DNA of 64,000 nucleotides, taken from positions 18,042,001 to 18,106,000 of the forward strand of contig CM022679.1 in NCBI GenBank assembly GCA_012295275.1, written 5' to 3'. This DNA comes from Chrysomallon squamiferum. Its lineage: Eukaryota; Animalia; Mollusca. Positions within the stretch are counted from its first letter, which is position 1; the number at the start of each line of letters is the position of its first letter. Shown here piece after piece: positions 25,601-36,542 of the stretch. The position numbers were made by a program, and so were the translations under genes. The notes under the pieces are model-generated. The model saw only the letters and a program-made list of their open reading frames with translations. It ran no database searches and was not told the origin of the DNA.

Positions 25601-26491
25601 GCAGCTAAAACTTTACATGCTGTCATTTATCTGCACTTAATACATATTAACTATATAATTTTTACATTTGATCAATAATATTTTCACAAAAATAAAATTT
25701 GATAGATGAACAGAGTTGAGTGTATTCAATATTATGCATTTAAAAGATAGAAATAATAAGCATTTTTGTAGGCTAGATTTGTTTCAGGAATTTTACACAA
25801 TCAAACATTACTTTAACATTTTTGATAAAAAGTAATTGTTTTCTTCAGCATATTAACTGATATCTTATCAGATTCAGCTTTAACACTGTTTCAATTTAAT
25901 TTTCAGTCTTGTCAAAAAACAACAAACCAGTGAACACAAGCATTCTGAACCCTCATGTTCATTTACTGGGTGATGATGCAGCCTGCATTGCTTATATTCG
26001 GTTAACACAGTGTATAGATAGGTAAGAATGTATCTTCTTTTTTAACTGTACCATATTTTTTTCAGATTTCCTTAGGTTGTTGTTTCAAGAAATTCATCTC
26101 ATATTTATCTTGAATGTATTAAAGCAAAACATAATTTTGTAATTATAAGCTAGTAAAACAAGTTATTTATTCCATCAGTCTGAAATATTTCTTCTTCTTT
26201 TTTTTTGTATTTAGATGATAACATATTGGCATTTTAACTATAATGCTGTTAAAATAAAATTTATATTTTTCTGTTTTAAAGATTGTAATACTATTACTGT
26301 TATTCTTCTTCTTTGTATCCTGTGTATCTGTAACTTCAAGACTGTAATTCTACTGTTAATCCTGTTTCAGAAATGGCCTTCCTATAACAGTGCAGTCAGA
26401 AGAAACACGGGTGTGGCAACGTAAAGATGGCAAATGGCAGAATGTTCATTTTCACCGGTCAGGCAGTGCATCTGCTCCACATGGAAAATAG
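1772..26491 (+). CDS. CaMKII: Calcium/calmodulin-dependent protein kinase II, 3' part (5' exons lie upstream of the window)
   Basis: Core exons 1772-1814, 13404-13484, 24974-25049, 25413-25507, 25907-26021, 26371-26491 splice in frame with GT-AG ends: [14 protein letters not shown] / [26 protein letters not shown] / [14 protein letters not shown]...FEPEALGNL...[21 protein letters not shown]...[24 protein letters not shown]...GK*. Confidence 0.98.
2563..2672 (+). repeat. ~110-bp dispersed repeat, copy 1 (copy 2 at about 6577-6700)
   Basis: tctttaagaagaattttttatta...tttttacag.agaattataaaaat occurs at both places with small indels. Confidence 0.75.
3420..3760. repeat. Degenerate minisatellite, unit 31-32 bp, roughly ten copies
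   Basis: Recurring CAGTAGTAGAATCATGAATATRGAGAATRT; units start at 3511, 3543, 3574. Confidence 0.85.
4445..4453 (+). CDS. CaMKII: Candidate 9-nt CaMKII linker microexon (I-N-K)
   Basis: Long pyrimidine tract ...ttctgctgtctgtctttcctatag|TAAACAAAG|gtaagt; phase 1-1, no stop; TGCATG at 4503. Confidence 0.7.
5150..6000 (+). mobile_element. Highly degraded Ty3/Gypsy pol fragment (RT to RNase H junction)
   Basis: + strand frame with an internal stop: [17 protein letters not shown]...[36 protein letters not shown] resembles Gypsy APLxxLLKKxxxWxW...LxxxDPNKxxxLxVDAS; judged by eye. Confidence 0.4.
8253..8286. repeat. (CA)n microsatellite
   Basis: Direct reading; about 75 nt upstream of the 45-nt candidate exon. 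Confidence 0.95.
8363..8407 (+). CDS. CaMKII: Candidate 45-nt CaMKII linker cassette exon ([15 protein letters not shown])
   Basis: ataaccag|GTAATGTG...CCCACAG|gtatgt; 45 nt, open in phase 1, GC-richer than its flanks. Confidence 0.6.
12687..12707 (+). CDS. CaMKII: Possible 21-nt CaMKII microexon (xKIYSEK)
   Basis: tttctttcattgcag|AAAAAATTTATTCAGAAAAAA|gtaaag; frame-preserving, weaker donor; TGCATG at 12807. Confidence 0.3.
13404..13484 (+). CDS. CaMKII: CaMKII conserved linker exon
   Basis: tttcag|GC CGC...ACC AAA A|gtaagt; [26 protein letters not shown] resembles the vertebrate KKxDGVKES...TIEDED linker; 81 nt. Confidence 0.95.
16825..17035. repeat. Compound (ATC)/(ATT)/(TTC) trinucleotide microsatellite
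   Basis: Direct reading; explains the low-complexity ORFs at 16698-17050. Confidence 0.95.
17643..18304. mobile_element. Tc1/mariner (pogo/Tigger-like) MITE nested in the MULE-like element
   Basis: TA|CAATAATACCTCAGATTAAAGAT ... ATCGTTAAGCGAGATATTACTG|TA; degenerate TIRs, TA flanks, internal repeat of TATCGTTAAGCG at 17701. Confidence 0.55.
19148..19957. mobile_element. 810-bp MITE with 4-bp TSD (Sola-type)
   Basis: ATAT|GGGCAATTCCA ... TGGAATTGCCC|ATAT; perfect 11-bp TIR and ATAT duplication. Confidence 0.8.
20692..20709 (+). CDS. CaMKII: Candidate 18-nt CaMKII linker microexon (SKPELE)
   Basis: ctcctttcctttcttgtgtccttcag|GCAAACCAGAGCTTGAAA|gtgagt; strong splice sites, phase 1-1. Confidence 0.8.
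21791..21862 (+). CDS. CaMKII: Candidate 72-nt CaMKII linker cassette exon ([24 protein letters not shown])
   Basis: caacag|CCTTTTCCCGG...GAGCTGA|gtaagc; 72 nt, open in phase 1, coding-like composition with two CGG codons. Confidence 0.75.
   Translation, partial: PFPGHQLLLSGQYRGKKHLENMS
23259..23604. repeat. Two-copy direct duplication, period about 188 bp
   Basis: cataatgt...aatgaacacagaaaagtgtatagatatttt...caaacaactgtggctgt occurs twice. Confidence 0.9.
24974..25049 (+). CDS. CaMKII: CaMKII hub exon 1
   Basis: [26 protein letters not shown]; tttcag| ... |gtaagc. Confidence 0.97.
25413..25507 (+). CDS. CaMKII: CaMKII hub exon 2
   Basis: [31 protein letters not shown]; caacag| ... |gtaaga. 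Confidence 0.97.
25907..26021 (+). CDS. CaMKII: CaMKII hub exon 3
   Basis: [39 protein letters not shown]; tttcag| ... |gtaaga. Confidence 0.97.
26371..26491 (+). CDS. CaMKII: CaMKII terminal coding exon
   Basis: [39 protein letters not shown]; TAG at 26489-26491. Confidence 0.96.
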
Positions 26492-27457
26492 TTTGTTTAT
26501 CCATCTGATCGGTTTTACTTGTCAACTTTTTTGGCTTTCCTTGGGCAAGTAATAATTTGCCCAGCAGGTTGTCTTCAGAACACCTATTTTTGCATGGTTT
26601 GATTTCATATCATGGAAGCAGTTTTTGTTCCACATAATATTTCCATTATACACAACAGCTGATATACACATCACTACTACTAACCAATGAGAAAGAAATA
26701 AACTGATGTGTTGCATAAGGGAATGATAAAACACATCATCAGACTGACAGGTCTTTCATTATGCATGTTTTATCTGGTTATGAAATGCATCTAGAAAGCC
26801 ATTTTGTTAAACAGAGTATGAAAAAAAGACAAACAAAATGTATTTTCTTACTTGATATTAATAAACAAATGTCAGGGAAGGAAAAATAAGGTACATTTGA
26901 ATTTTTTTTTTTTTTTTTTTTTTTGAGTTAAAACTACCATTGTGCAATATATGTCTTAATGTTTGTGGTCAGATTATTTTAACCAAATGAACTTGGATAT
27001 AGATCTATATTTCATATCATTGAATTAATACAATGAAATATTTTATTTCCATTAAAATTTTAAAACTTGTAGAATTTTTTTTTTTTTTTTTTACTTCCAT
27101 TTTGATTCAATAAGCAACATTTTTCATGTATGATGAAAAATTATTTTAAAGTTTATATTTTAAAAGAAAAAGATAATAAAAAGAAAATTATGTCATCAAT
27201 TTCTTATTCAAATATTTTATTATTATTATTATTTAATTCTTAGACTAGTCAACATAGCTTTCAAAAGTTATGATTGAATAAATATTTTAAACAATTTGAG
27301 TATTTATGTATATCACTTTACAAAATGTTAATGACACTGCCATCTGGGTTTGTTTTAGTTATAAACTATTAAAACTAATGTGTGAATGAATTATCTTCCT
27401 AACAAAATTACTTAAGATACAGTAAAGTGTTATTGTTTTGTCTCGCTATAGCAAAAA

Positions 27458-27458
<1 letters not shown>

Positions 27459-27520
<62 letters not shown>
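27459..27520. repeat. (AAT)n microsatellite downstream of the CaMKII stop
   Basis: Direct reading. Confidence 0.95.
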
Positions 27521-27522
<2 letters not shown>

Positions 27523-30500
27523 AATATATAAGTAAAAATTATTATACATTTCTAAATACTGTTATGGTTGTGATCAGAAATGATATAAAGCACTTGCATT
27601 GGTGATGAAAACCAAATAAGGCTTTCATGTTTTCATTCTCAGGTTTGGTTTGTTGTTATTTTTCTCATTATTAAAATTAGTTTAATTTTGTATTCCTTTT
27701 CTTTCTTTTTGTTACTTAGTATGCATTTTTATTCTGTTTCTCTCTTATTTGTAGATAAGCAAGTTCCATGCACCATTAATCATATCATTTTTTATTATTA
27801 TTGTTTTTTTTCTTAAATGATCAAAATACTTTTGTCCATAAAGTAGAAAACTGAAGATAAAAAATTGTCAAAGTATCTGTTAATGCTTTAGCTTTACTGA
27901 ATAATTTTATTGTTGGTGGTGTTCATGAACTGGAAAACAGGGTGCTTTGTTATTATATTATTTATACTTGCTATTAATTTCACAGAGAACTTTCCAGATA
28001 AGGGTAAAATTTCTCTGCTGCTTGTACATGTTTTAATCAAGGCTGCTTTTTGCCACCTGATAATGAAATACTTTATAGCTGCACATTTTGTGGACATTAA
28101 TAAAAATGTTCCCACTTGTATTTATCTGGCATTTCTTGTTAACCCATATAAATATTTCATTTTTTAATTAAATTTTTATTCATATTTAATGGAATTTGTA
28201 TTTTATTTTAACTATTTTAGGCTTTATTTTTAAATTATTTATATTCTGTTACCTGTATAATTAGTTTGCTTCTTGTTACCGCATCATCAATTTTTTTGTA
28301 CCTCAAAAATTAATCTTATACCAATTATTTATGTATATTCAACATTTTGTTTCACATTTTTATAGTTTTAGTACTATGTTTTCAGAAAATTACATTAAAT
28401 GGATTCTTTCTGAAAACAATAAAAACATAAAACACAACTAGTATTATATGATATTTTTAAAGTAAGACAGTCACTGTCTTTTTTTTTTTTTTTTAAATGC
28501 CTACAAAATCATAATACTGACTAATTTTAGACATTAAACCGCTCCCCTCCCCAAAAAAAAGGTTTTATGAGAAATAAAAACAGAAACAAGAAATCAACTA
28601 ATTTTGTTTGAATGAAAAGAACAGAAACCATACAAACAGAAAAAAATAAATAAATAAAAAATATAAAATGTTTTATGTCATTAAAAAATTATAAACTTTT
28701 GTGTATTTGCACTGTGGATCCTGTATGCTAAATTTTAGATACAGTTTTCTTTGACTTATAAAATCAAAAAAAAATTATAATAGACAAAGAAACAAAAATG
28801 AAAGTGCTCATAGCCTGTTGTTAATGATTCATATACAGAATTATCTTTTTAAAAAACATACCAGTCAACTATATAATTTACACTTTATTGTTGACAATTA
28901 CACTGATTAAAATGATGTAAGAAATAAAATGAGTCCCACAAGAAGAATTACCAATGTATTGTATTGCAGAGAGAATGCACAATTGACATGAAAGTGTTTA
29001 CATTTATTTGCTCATACCTTTCAAATCCTTGTATACATCTGTGTGATCTTGTGGATTTATATATCATTTGCTTGTTACATAGAGGTGAATGGAAATAAAA
29101 CCTATGTTTACTATTTGTTTCATTCAGATTAAACCATTTGCATTCTTAAATAAAATGTGATCATCTTTTTTTTTTAATTTTACTTAAAAATTGTGTTTGT
29201 AGTTAATCTGTAGTGTGTTTGTAATTTTTTCAGTTTTTTCATTATTTGCACTGCATATATATATATTTATATTCAATACGTGTGTGTGTGTGTGTGTGTT
29301 TTTATGGAGAGAGAGAGATGCACACACACACACACAAACACACAGAGACCCTTTCATGGGAGTGTCATTTTAAATGTTATGATAGTGTACACATTTTACT
29401 ATTTTAATTGAACATAATATAAATCTTTAACTTATTGCAATGCTTTTTCTAGTAACTTTGATTTGGTTCTCGTTTTCTTTAAATTGTGCTCTCCTTGTTA
29501 AAGAGGGTATTTTTGCAGCACTCTACAATTCAGGAGATTAGAATGTTATATAATTTATTTATCCATATAGAATGACAAATATTTACCTTGAGATGTGTCT
29601 TTGTGATTGTCAGCATGTGTTTTCAGATATGTGTTGAGCAATTTATACTGTCCCTTTTTGTCATATTTTCTTTTACATGTCACAGCAGTAAAAATTTGAG
29701 TCAGAATTACTTGTTTTACATATCTATATAAAAAAAAAATATATATAAATTAATCAGTTTCTGCAATTTTATTGTATTCATTTATTTGTATTACATTGAT
29801 TCTGAAATTTTGACATCAGCATTTTAACAGAAACTGTAAACATTTATGTAATAAGTTTTCTAATTTTTTTGTCTAATGTGGAATTCTTCCAGAACATCTT
29901 CAAACTAAGAATATTTTTGCAAAGCAGTTTCTGTTTATAAAATTATGTAACTTGAAGTTTTTATGGACTGATTTTGCTTCTCTTCAATATTTAAAATCAA
30001 GTCACCTATCAGTTTACAGCTCAGTAGTACCAAATAAAACCAACATGAATTTAATTTGGCATTAATCTGTGAAATTCAATTTATTCATTTAATTATTACG
30101 TGAAATAAACAGGTCTTGACCTTATTCTAATCAACAACAAAATTAAGAGTAATATTCATTTCATATCATTTTAGTAATGTTGCTGAACCAACAATAATTG
30201 AACAAATTGTTTTGCTTCTGTTTGTTTGTGTGTGCAGTATATATAGATACACACACAAAATAGTTTGGAAAATATTACTATTAAAATTTTAATTTCTTTT
30301 TTTCTTATGCATGCCTCATTAGTTCAGCAGTTCTGTTGCAGACATTATAGAGGAACAAAAATAATTCTGAATCTCAATATTTAATATAAAAGTTTTATGA
30401 ATAATATTTTTCTGTATATGCTTGGCTTTATCAATTTAATAAGATGCATAATATTAATCAGTAATAAATTCTATGTTATTAAACTAGATAATTAAACTAT

Positions 30501-33392
30501 AATGCAGTAATTATATTTAATTACAGACTTGTTATTATTTTCTGTCCTGAGTTTGTAAAGAATTTATTCTGTCAAAAGGATTTAATATTGTAAAAATGAT
30601 ATAATCATGTTTTTATTTATTGTTTTTATTGTTAGGTTATATATATTTTGAAAAATAAAATAAACTTAACTTTACAGAAAAAATGTTCAGTGAGACTTTG
30701 AACAAAAAGTAAATATAAATAGGTGTTTAAAAAAGTAAATCTTAACAACAATACTTGTATATTTGGTTACATTATTTCAACATACCATATGTAAATTTCA
30801 TTACATGTTTTTATTCATTCAAAAATTTTTCAAATGAATGTGATACCACTGGATAAAATTTTGAATTATAGTTGTCATTTTTATAATAACTTGCTTTATT
30901 GTCAAACTTGTATTATAAATGTTTAAAAAATATATGTAAAATGTTTATTTTAAATTAAAAGCCCTCTTGTTGCTAATTGTTAGTTTAGTTTTTGACAGTA
31001 AAACAGATTTAAATTTTTTTAATGTGTATTTTTCATCAAGATTACCAAAAATAAAATGACAAGAAAATAATATTGTATTCTTATTTATTATCTCAGTAAT
31101 CTCAACCTGTTTTAAAATCTATCCGTATTTTGTATTTGTATCCGTCAGATAGAATTTAAAAATGTCTTAATCATTTATTGTAAAAACACTTTATATTATA
31201 CTTATTATATTTTTCCTATTTTAATCCTAATATTTTGTGTTATTCTTTCATTTAAAAAAACAAAGTATATCATTTCATCAAAATCGGTTATAATAATATA
31301 AGAAAAAGTAGGTCTGCGATACTATTAGTTTAATAAATATTGGCATCTTATTACATTCTCTAGGCATTTTAAAAAGAAATATACATAAAGTGAAAACATT
31401 TTATGATAATTTTGCTCTATCAGTTTAACTCTATAATTAATCAAATAAGATAAAGGTCAATTTTATGATAGATTAAGTTAGTTAAGGTATGACTGAATAA
31501 TAAAATATTTTGACTTGATAAATTTATATATAAATAAGTTTTCTACATAATTATCTCATATTTTTCATAACACATTTTTTTTGTAGTATTTTATAGAATC
31601 ATGACATTTGTGAAATAATTTTGTTTAATTTTCTAAAAATTATTTGAGAAATATATAGGCTTCTCTTTACTTTTTATTATTATATATTTATTGTATTTAA
31701 TATTTTGTGGATAGGCTAGTAAATGTACAAAAATATATATTCTTCTTTTTCTTTTTAATTATTTTATATTTAATGCAAAGGGTACCTAATTCATGACTTT
31801 AAAATTACAAGCCTGATTTACCATTTTTGATGAATTTTAAACTAGCACATTTATACAATAAATAGAACAGGTTTTTCCTAGAAGTTTAGATTGATAACCC
31901 TTGTGGTTATCAAATAATGGTTATTTTGAAAATAAAAACATTTTATGTTTGTCAACCAGTTTAAAACTTTGTGCGCTTTTTGATCATTTCATCTTGCATG
32001 ATGTTGTTGATGGTCTGTAGGAGATTTTCTTCTCACTTTTTATGATAATGTGTAGTGCTTTCAATATGTTGTCCTTTACATCTTTGAAATAAATAATCTG
32101 TCTACTAAATTTTATTTGTAGTGTTCTGTTTTTTGGTTATTTCTACAAGAAAATAGATGTAGTTTCCATAATTACTTTTGTATCTAGTGGCCATTCCCAG
32201 ATCTCCAAAAAGGACACGTTTGTGTTTGTGTTTGCAGCTGCCTGCAAAGCCTAAATTATTTAAAACAGACACTTTGTTCAAAGGAGCGTATAATGCGTAC
32301 CACAAAAAAGAGCAACATTTCCTCTTTCCAGTGCAGTGTTTCTTTTTGTCTTGATGAAAATGTGCCCAATTTTTTTTCAAGAATCATGCCATTCGCTCAG
32401 TCAAACGGGATGTGGGGGCCTTCCTGTGCATTGGAAAATATGCATGGTTTCATTTCTATCCTGCATTTTCCCTAATTGCACCAGAAAGGTTACAATTAAT
32501 TGCATTTGAAAGTGCATGGATTTCTGTTTTTTAAATTCAGCAAAATTTTGTTTTGAAACCTTAGAAAACAACTTTTTAAACTGAAAATTATCTATCACAA
32601 TCAAGTATAATTTCTGAAAAGGGCAATTTCTTTGCTTTCTAATTCTATGATACCGTGGCAAAAATACAGCACACATTAAATGACAGTCACTCGTGTTCAC
32701 ATATAAATCTTGTCATCAATCTATGTTTTCACAAAGTAAATGGATGGGAATGGGATATAAAGGAAACTACTAGTGACAAATGTATTAAGAGACTTAATTT
32801 GAAAATACTAGAATTAAGCAATACATGAATACTAAATGGTTTTAATAAAAACATTTTTTCTTAAAATGGAGCACATGTTGAAAAATATTCATATTGTGAT
32901 ATTGAGAAATACAAACTGAAATGGCTTTATAATCATATTGCTGTAAGAACAGGTTGAAGTCTACTGTAGGATGCCCTGTAGGTTAGCTGAACTCTGTCAT
33001 TTGACTCCGCAGTCAACCTACCCTACCTTGTGATTGATTTCAAGTATGTCTTGTAAAATTTCTTTACACAGGTCTTTTTATTATAAAAATCAGATTTTAA
33101 TTAGACATTATACTTTATTTTAAAGTATTGAGAGAAAGGAGTCAAAATGAAATTCACATTTCGACCTATAAGCCAACTTCGGTGAGATGCAAGCTCAGTA
33201 CATATCTTCAAGCACATATATATGTATAAAACAAATATATGCTTTAATTTCATAATAAAAAAAATGCACAAATTACAAATTATAGTATTTGACAAATTAA
33301 TTACTAAATCTTGAAGATTTAACCTAAATCAAGTGTTTTATGATAAATTGAAGTATATAAATAGCAGGTGAAAATATCATTATATGACTCTG

Positions 33393-34490
33393 TACATATA
33401 TACTACAAAATTACAAGCATGCCAAAAATAAAATAAAATAATAAGGCATATTCTTCTGCCTCTCAATACTAACTGAAAATAAATATATTAATTTAAATAG
33501 TATGAAATGAACTTTATTTTTCCTTTCATTCTTTAGATCTAAACTTTTCTGAGCAGCATAAGAAAAATTAATGTTGCATAATCCTGATCATCTACAACAC
33601 TGCAGCCATAATATAATAATATAACTGTGCTATAGAATTAAAGAAATAAAGCTAAAACACTTAACTTTTGCTTCTTCAACATCAAGGTTTATTATTTATT
33701 TGGTTCAAAAGGTTAGTGTACCCTACCATTCTCCAAACTGAACAATAATCGCAGATTTGGAAACCTTGTCATATTGCCTTTCAACAATACCAATTTTATG
33801 AAGATTGGCCCAGTGGTTCCTGAGATAAGAGGGTTCAAAGGTTGGTGGTCATGCCCATTTTGGCCAAAAATCTCAAAAATTCAGGAAGGCCATATCTCCT
33901 GAACCACTGGTCCAATTGGCCAAAACATTTTGTATTGGTTGCTGTAGGATCCCATTCAACAAGTATACAGAGTTTCATAAAAATCTGAGTTGGTCAGATT
34001 TAACCCATTGGGTGATTTGACATGGAATGACCCTATTACTTAGTTTTTAATTTATTGTTACTGCATTCTGTAGGATTCTTTCACCAGACAGAACTTCTTC
34101 TATTTGCCATGTAAAAAGGATTTTAAATGTATATAAATTTGTTGTTGCATACTTATAACTGAAATATAATTATAAACACATGATGTCAAAATATAAACCT
34201 TGATGTTGAAGAAGCAAAAGTTAATTGTTTTACTTTATTTCTTCAATTCTATAGCACAGTTATATTATTATATTATGGCTGCAGTGATGCAGATGGTCAG
34301 GACGATGCAACATTAATTTTTCTTATGCTGCTCAGAAAATTTTAGATATAAAGAATGAAAGGAAAAATAAAGTTCATTTAATACTATTAAATTAATATAT
34401 TTATTTTCAGTTAGTATTGAAAGGCAGAAGAATATGCTTTATTATTTTATTTTATTTTTGGCATGCTTGTAATTTTGTAGTATATATGTA
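33393..34490. repeat. ~300-bp inverted duplication (arms 33393-33692 and 34193-34490)
   Basis: tacatatatactacaaaattacaagcatgcc...ttcaacatcaaggtttat is reverse-complementary to ataaaccttgatgttgaa...ggcatgcttgtaattttgtagtatatatgta, with scattered mismatches. Confidence 0.92.
33703..34033. mobile_element. Solo TIR fragment of the Sola2-like family
   Basis: Matches 18463-18751 and the reverse complement of 14872-15170; ends TGGAATGACCC. Confidence 0.85.
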
Positions 34491-34748
34491 TTCAAAAGTA
34501 CTTTAAAATCACTGTCAGCTGCAGAATATGCTGAAATACAGCTAATTTGCTAAAACAGTTAATTTCTTCACTGTTTTTCTGAGATTATTATATATGAAAT
34601 CAGACAGTACAAGATTACCTCTTTCTTAACCAAATATTTTTTTAATCAAGTAACATAAAAGTATGACGTAAATAGGATGTCCAGGCATCCTTCTTTTGGG
34701 GAAAAAAGGATATACAGTCATCACAGTATAGTGACATTTTCTGTGCTG

Positions 34749-34864
34749 GATTTGGTGCTGTGGGATCTCACTTAACAAGTATATCAAGTTTCATAAAAAT
34801 CTGAGACGGTTGGGTTTAAAAAAAAAAATTGGGGTGGGGGGTGTGATTTGACATGGAATGACCC
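34749..34864. mobile_element. Short terminal fragment of the same Sola2-like TIR
   Basis: gatttggtgctgtggga...aaaaatctgagacggt...gatttgacatggaatgaccc. Confidence 0.8.
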
Positions 34865-35760
34865 AATACTAATAAATAAATATCTTATTCCATTTCATTT
34901 GTTAATCCAGTTCAAAGAGTAAAATAAATGTGTGTTTAATAATAAAACTTAACTGATGATCAATTTATTCCTGTTAGTTAAAATACTGGATATTTCAGTG
35001 GACCAAATGGGTGTCATCTGACTGAACTTTAAAAGTTTCTGAACTACCATACTTCCATTCATGATACATTTTACAAAATAATTGTTTGTCTATGTATCTG
35101 ATCTGTGATAACAAAAAAAAAAAAATGGCTTGAATAGTGTCTGTCAGCCATTACCACATGACAGACTACTAGTCGGCCACAAGTTGACAGCACTGTAAAC
35201 ACTAAAAAGGTTTTGTTTCAACTCCTAGTTTGGATTCGTTCAGGCATGTGTTTTTGTGTTGTTGTTTTTTTTTGTAAGAATAAGCACCTACTTGGCAGTC
35301 ATTATTTGGCATCATTTACACTCAAATTCTTTTACAAAATACACATACACATATACAACAACAGCAATAATTATATACATGTTTGAATATTCGTAACTTC
35401 CTTATTATTAAACTCAGGAATTTGTCATTAGTATCATTTGATTCGGAAATTAATATACTTTCTGGATATTCACGCACATTTTAAAAAATATATTTTTTTT
35501 TTCTTTTAAGATAATAATAACAATAATTAAATCACTTCAGAATATATCATCATACCAAAATAATCAATCATTCAATGTATCATGTAGATTGTAGTCAACA
35601 AGCTCTTCGTCCGTATTCGCTCAAATAACCATGAAAATGAAATTTACGAAATAAATATTTCAAGCCTCGTAAAATTTTATTTTCAGACCACAGAAAACAC
35701 GTTGCTAATATGAAATTACAGTTTCATATTAAACTACATTTCAACATTTTAAAAAGGATT

Positions 35761-35822
35761 GACACGCCCACGATTTGAAATCGGAAGTAGATTGAAATCA
35801 CGTGATATAAAAGTAAAATGGC
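35761..35822 (+). promoter_or_regulatory. GGA core promoter motif cluster
   Basis: CpG-enriched patch with CACGCCC, palindrome CGATTT-G-AAATCG (35771-35783), ETS CGGAAGT (35782), E-box ATCACGTGAT (35797-35806), YY1-like AAAATGGC over the ATG. Confidence 0.6.
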
Positions 35823-35854
35823 CGAAAGAGACGAAACTTTGGAGACTCTACTTA
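35818..35854 (+). CDS. GGA: GGA exon 1
   Basis: MAERDETLETLL|gtaagt. Confidence 0.9.
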
Positions 35855-36489
35855 GTAAGTACCAAATTACCATTTTTTTGTGTGTTGATTTTTAAAAATA
35901 GTTATGGGCTTATTTGGCATTTAATTATGTACTAAATACAACAATACTGATTTAATGATTTGAATTTCTGAGTATGATTTACTCATCATATCAGTCGGTG
36001 TAATCACTGAATCAGTCATGAATCACTTTCAGTGTATCAGTTATTACTATCAGTATCACTGTCTCAGTATCATTGTGATTAATAGATTATCAGTATCGTT
36101 ATCATTAATATCATGATTATGGTTCATTGTATCATTCGATTCAATACGATCAAGATATTTGTGGCATTTTGGATTTGCAAGTTGAAGTTGGCCTGTTTGT
36201 CTTAGGATTTCTTTCATTTCATAAGATATTTTTTTTTAAATGTATTGATCAGCAGTGAGTAACAAATAGTTTACTGCAGATTTTATCATTAATCATGACT
36301 AAACTGCTGTTAAATTAAACCACCGTTTCTAAGAGGCATGAAGCTGAAGAACCAATGATGCTTTCAAAATTCTTTAGGAAACTGAGTGTTTGCATACATA
36401 ATAGTAAGGGTTATTGAAGAAGTATGCTTGTTATTTAAATGAAAAATAGTGAAACAGTAATGTTTAACAATGTTTTTATATATCAAGAC

Positions 36490-36542
<53 letters not shown>

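Noticed and set aside
26492-31500. CPE-like TTTTAT and AATAAA motifs after the CaMKII stop
   Set aside because: Expected in large numbers by chance at this AT content; no specific site can be chosen.
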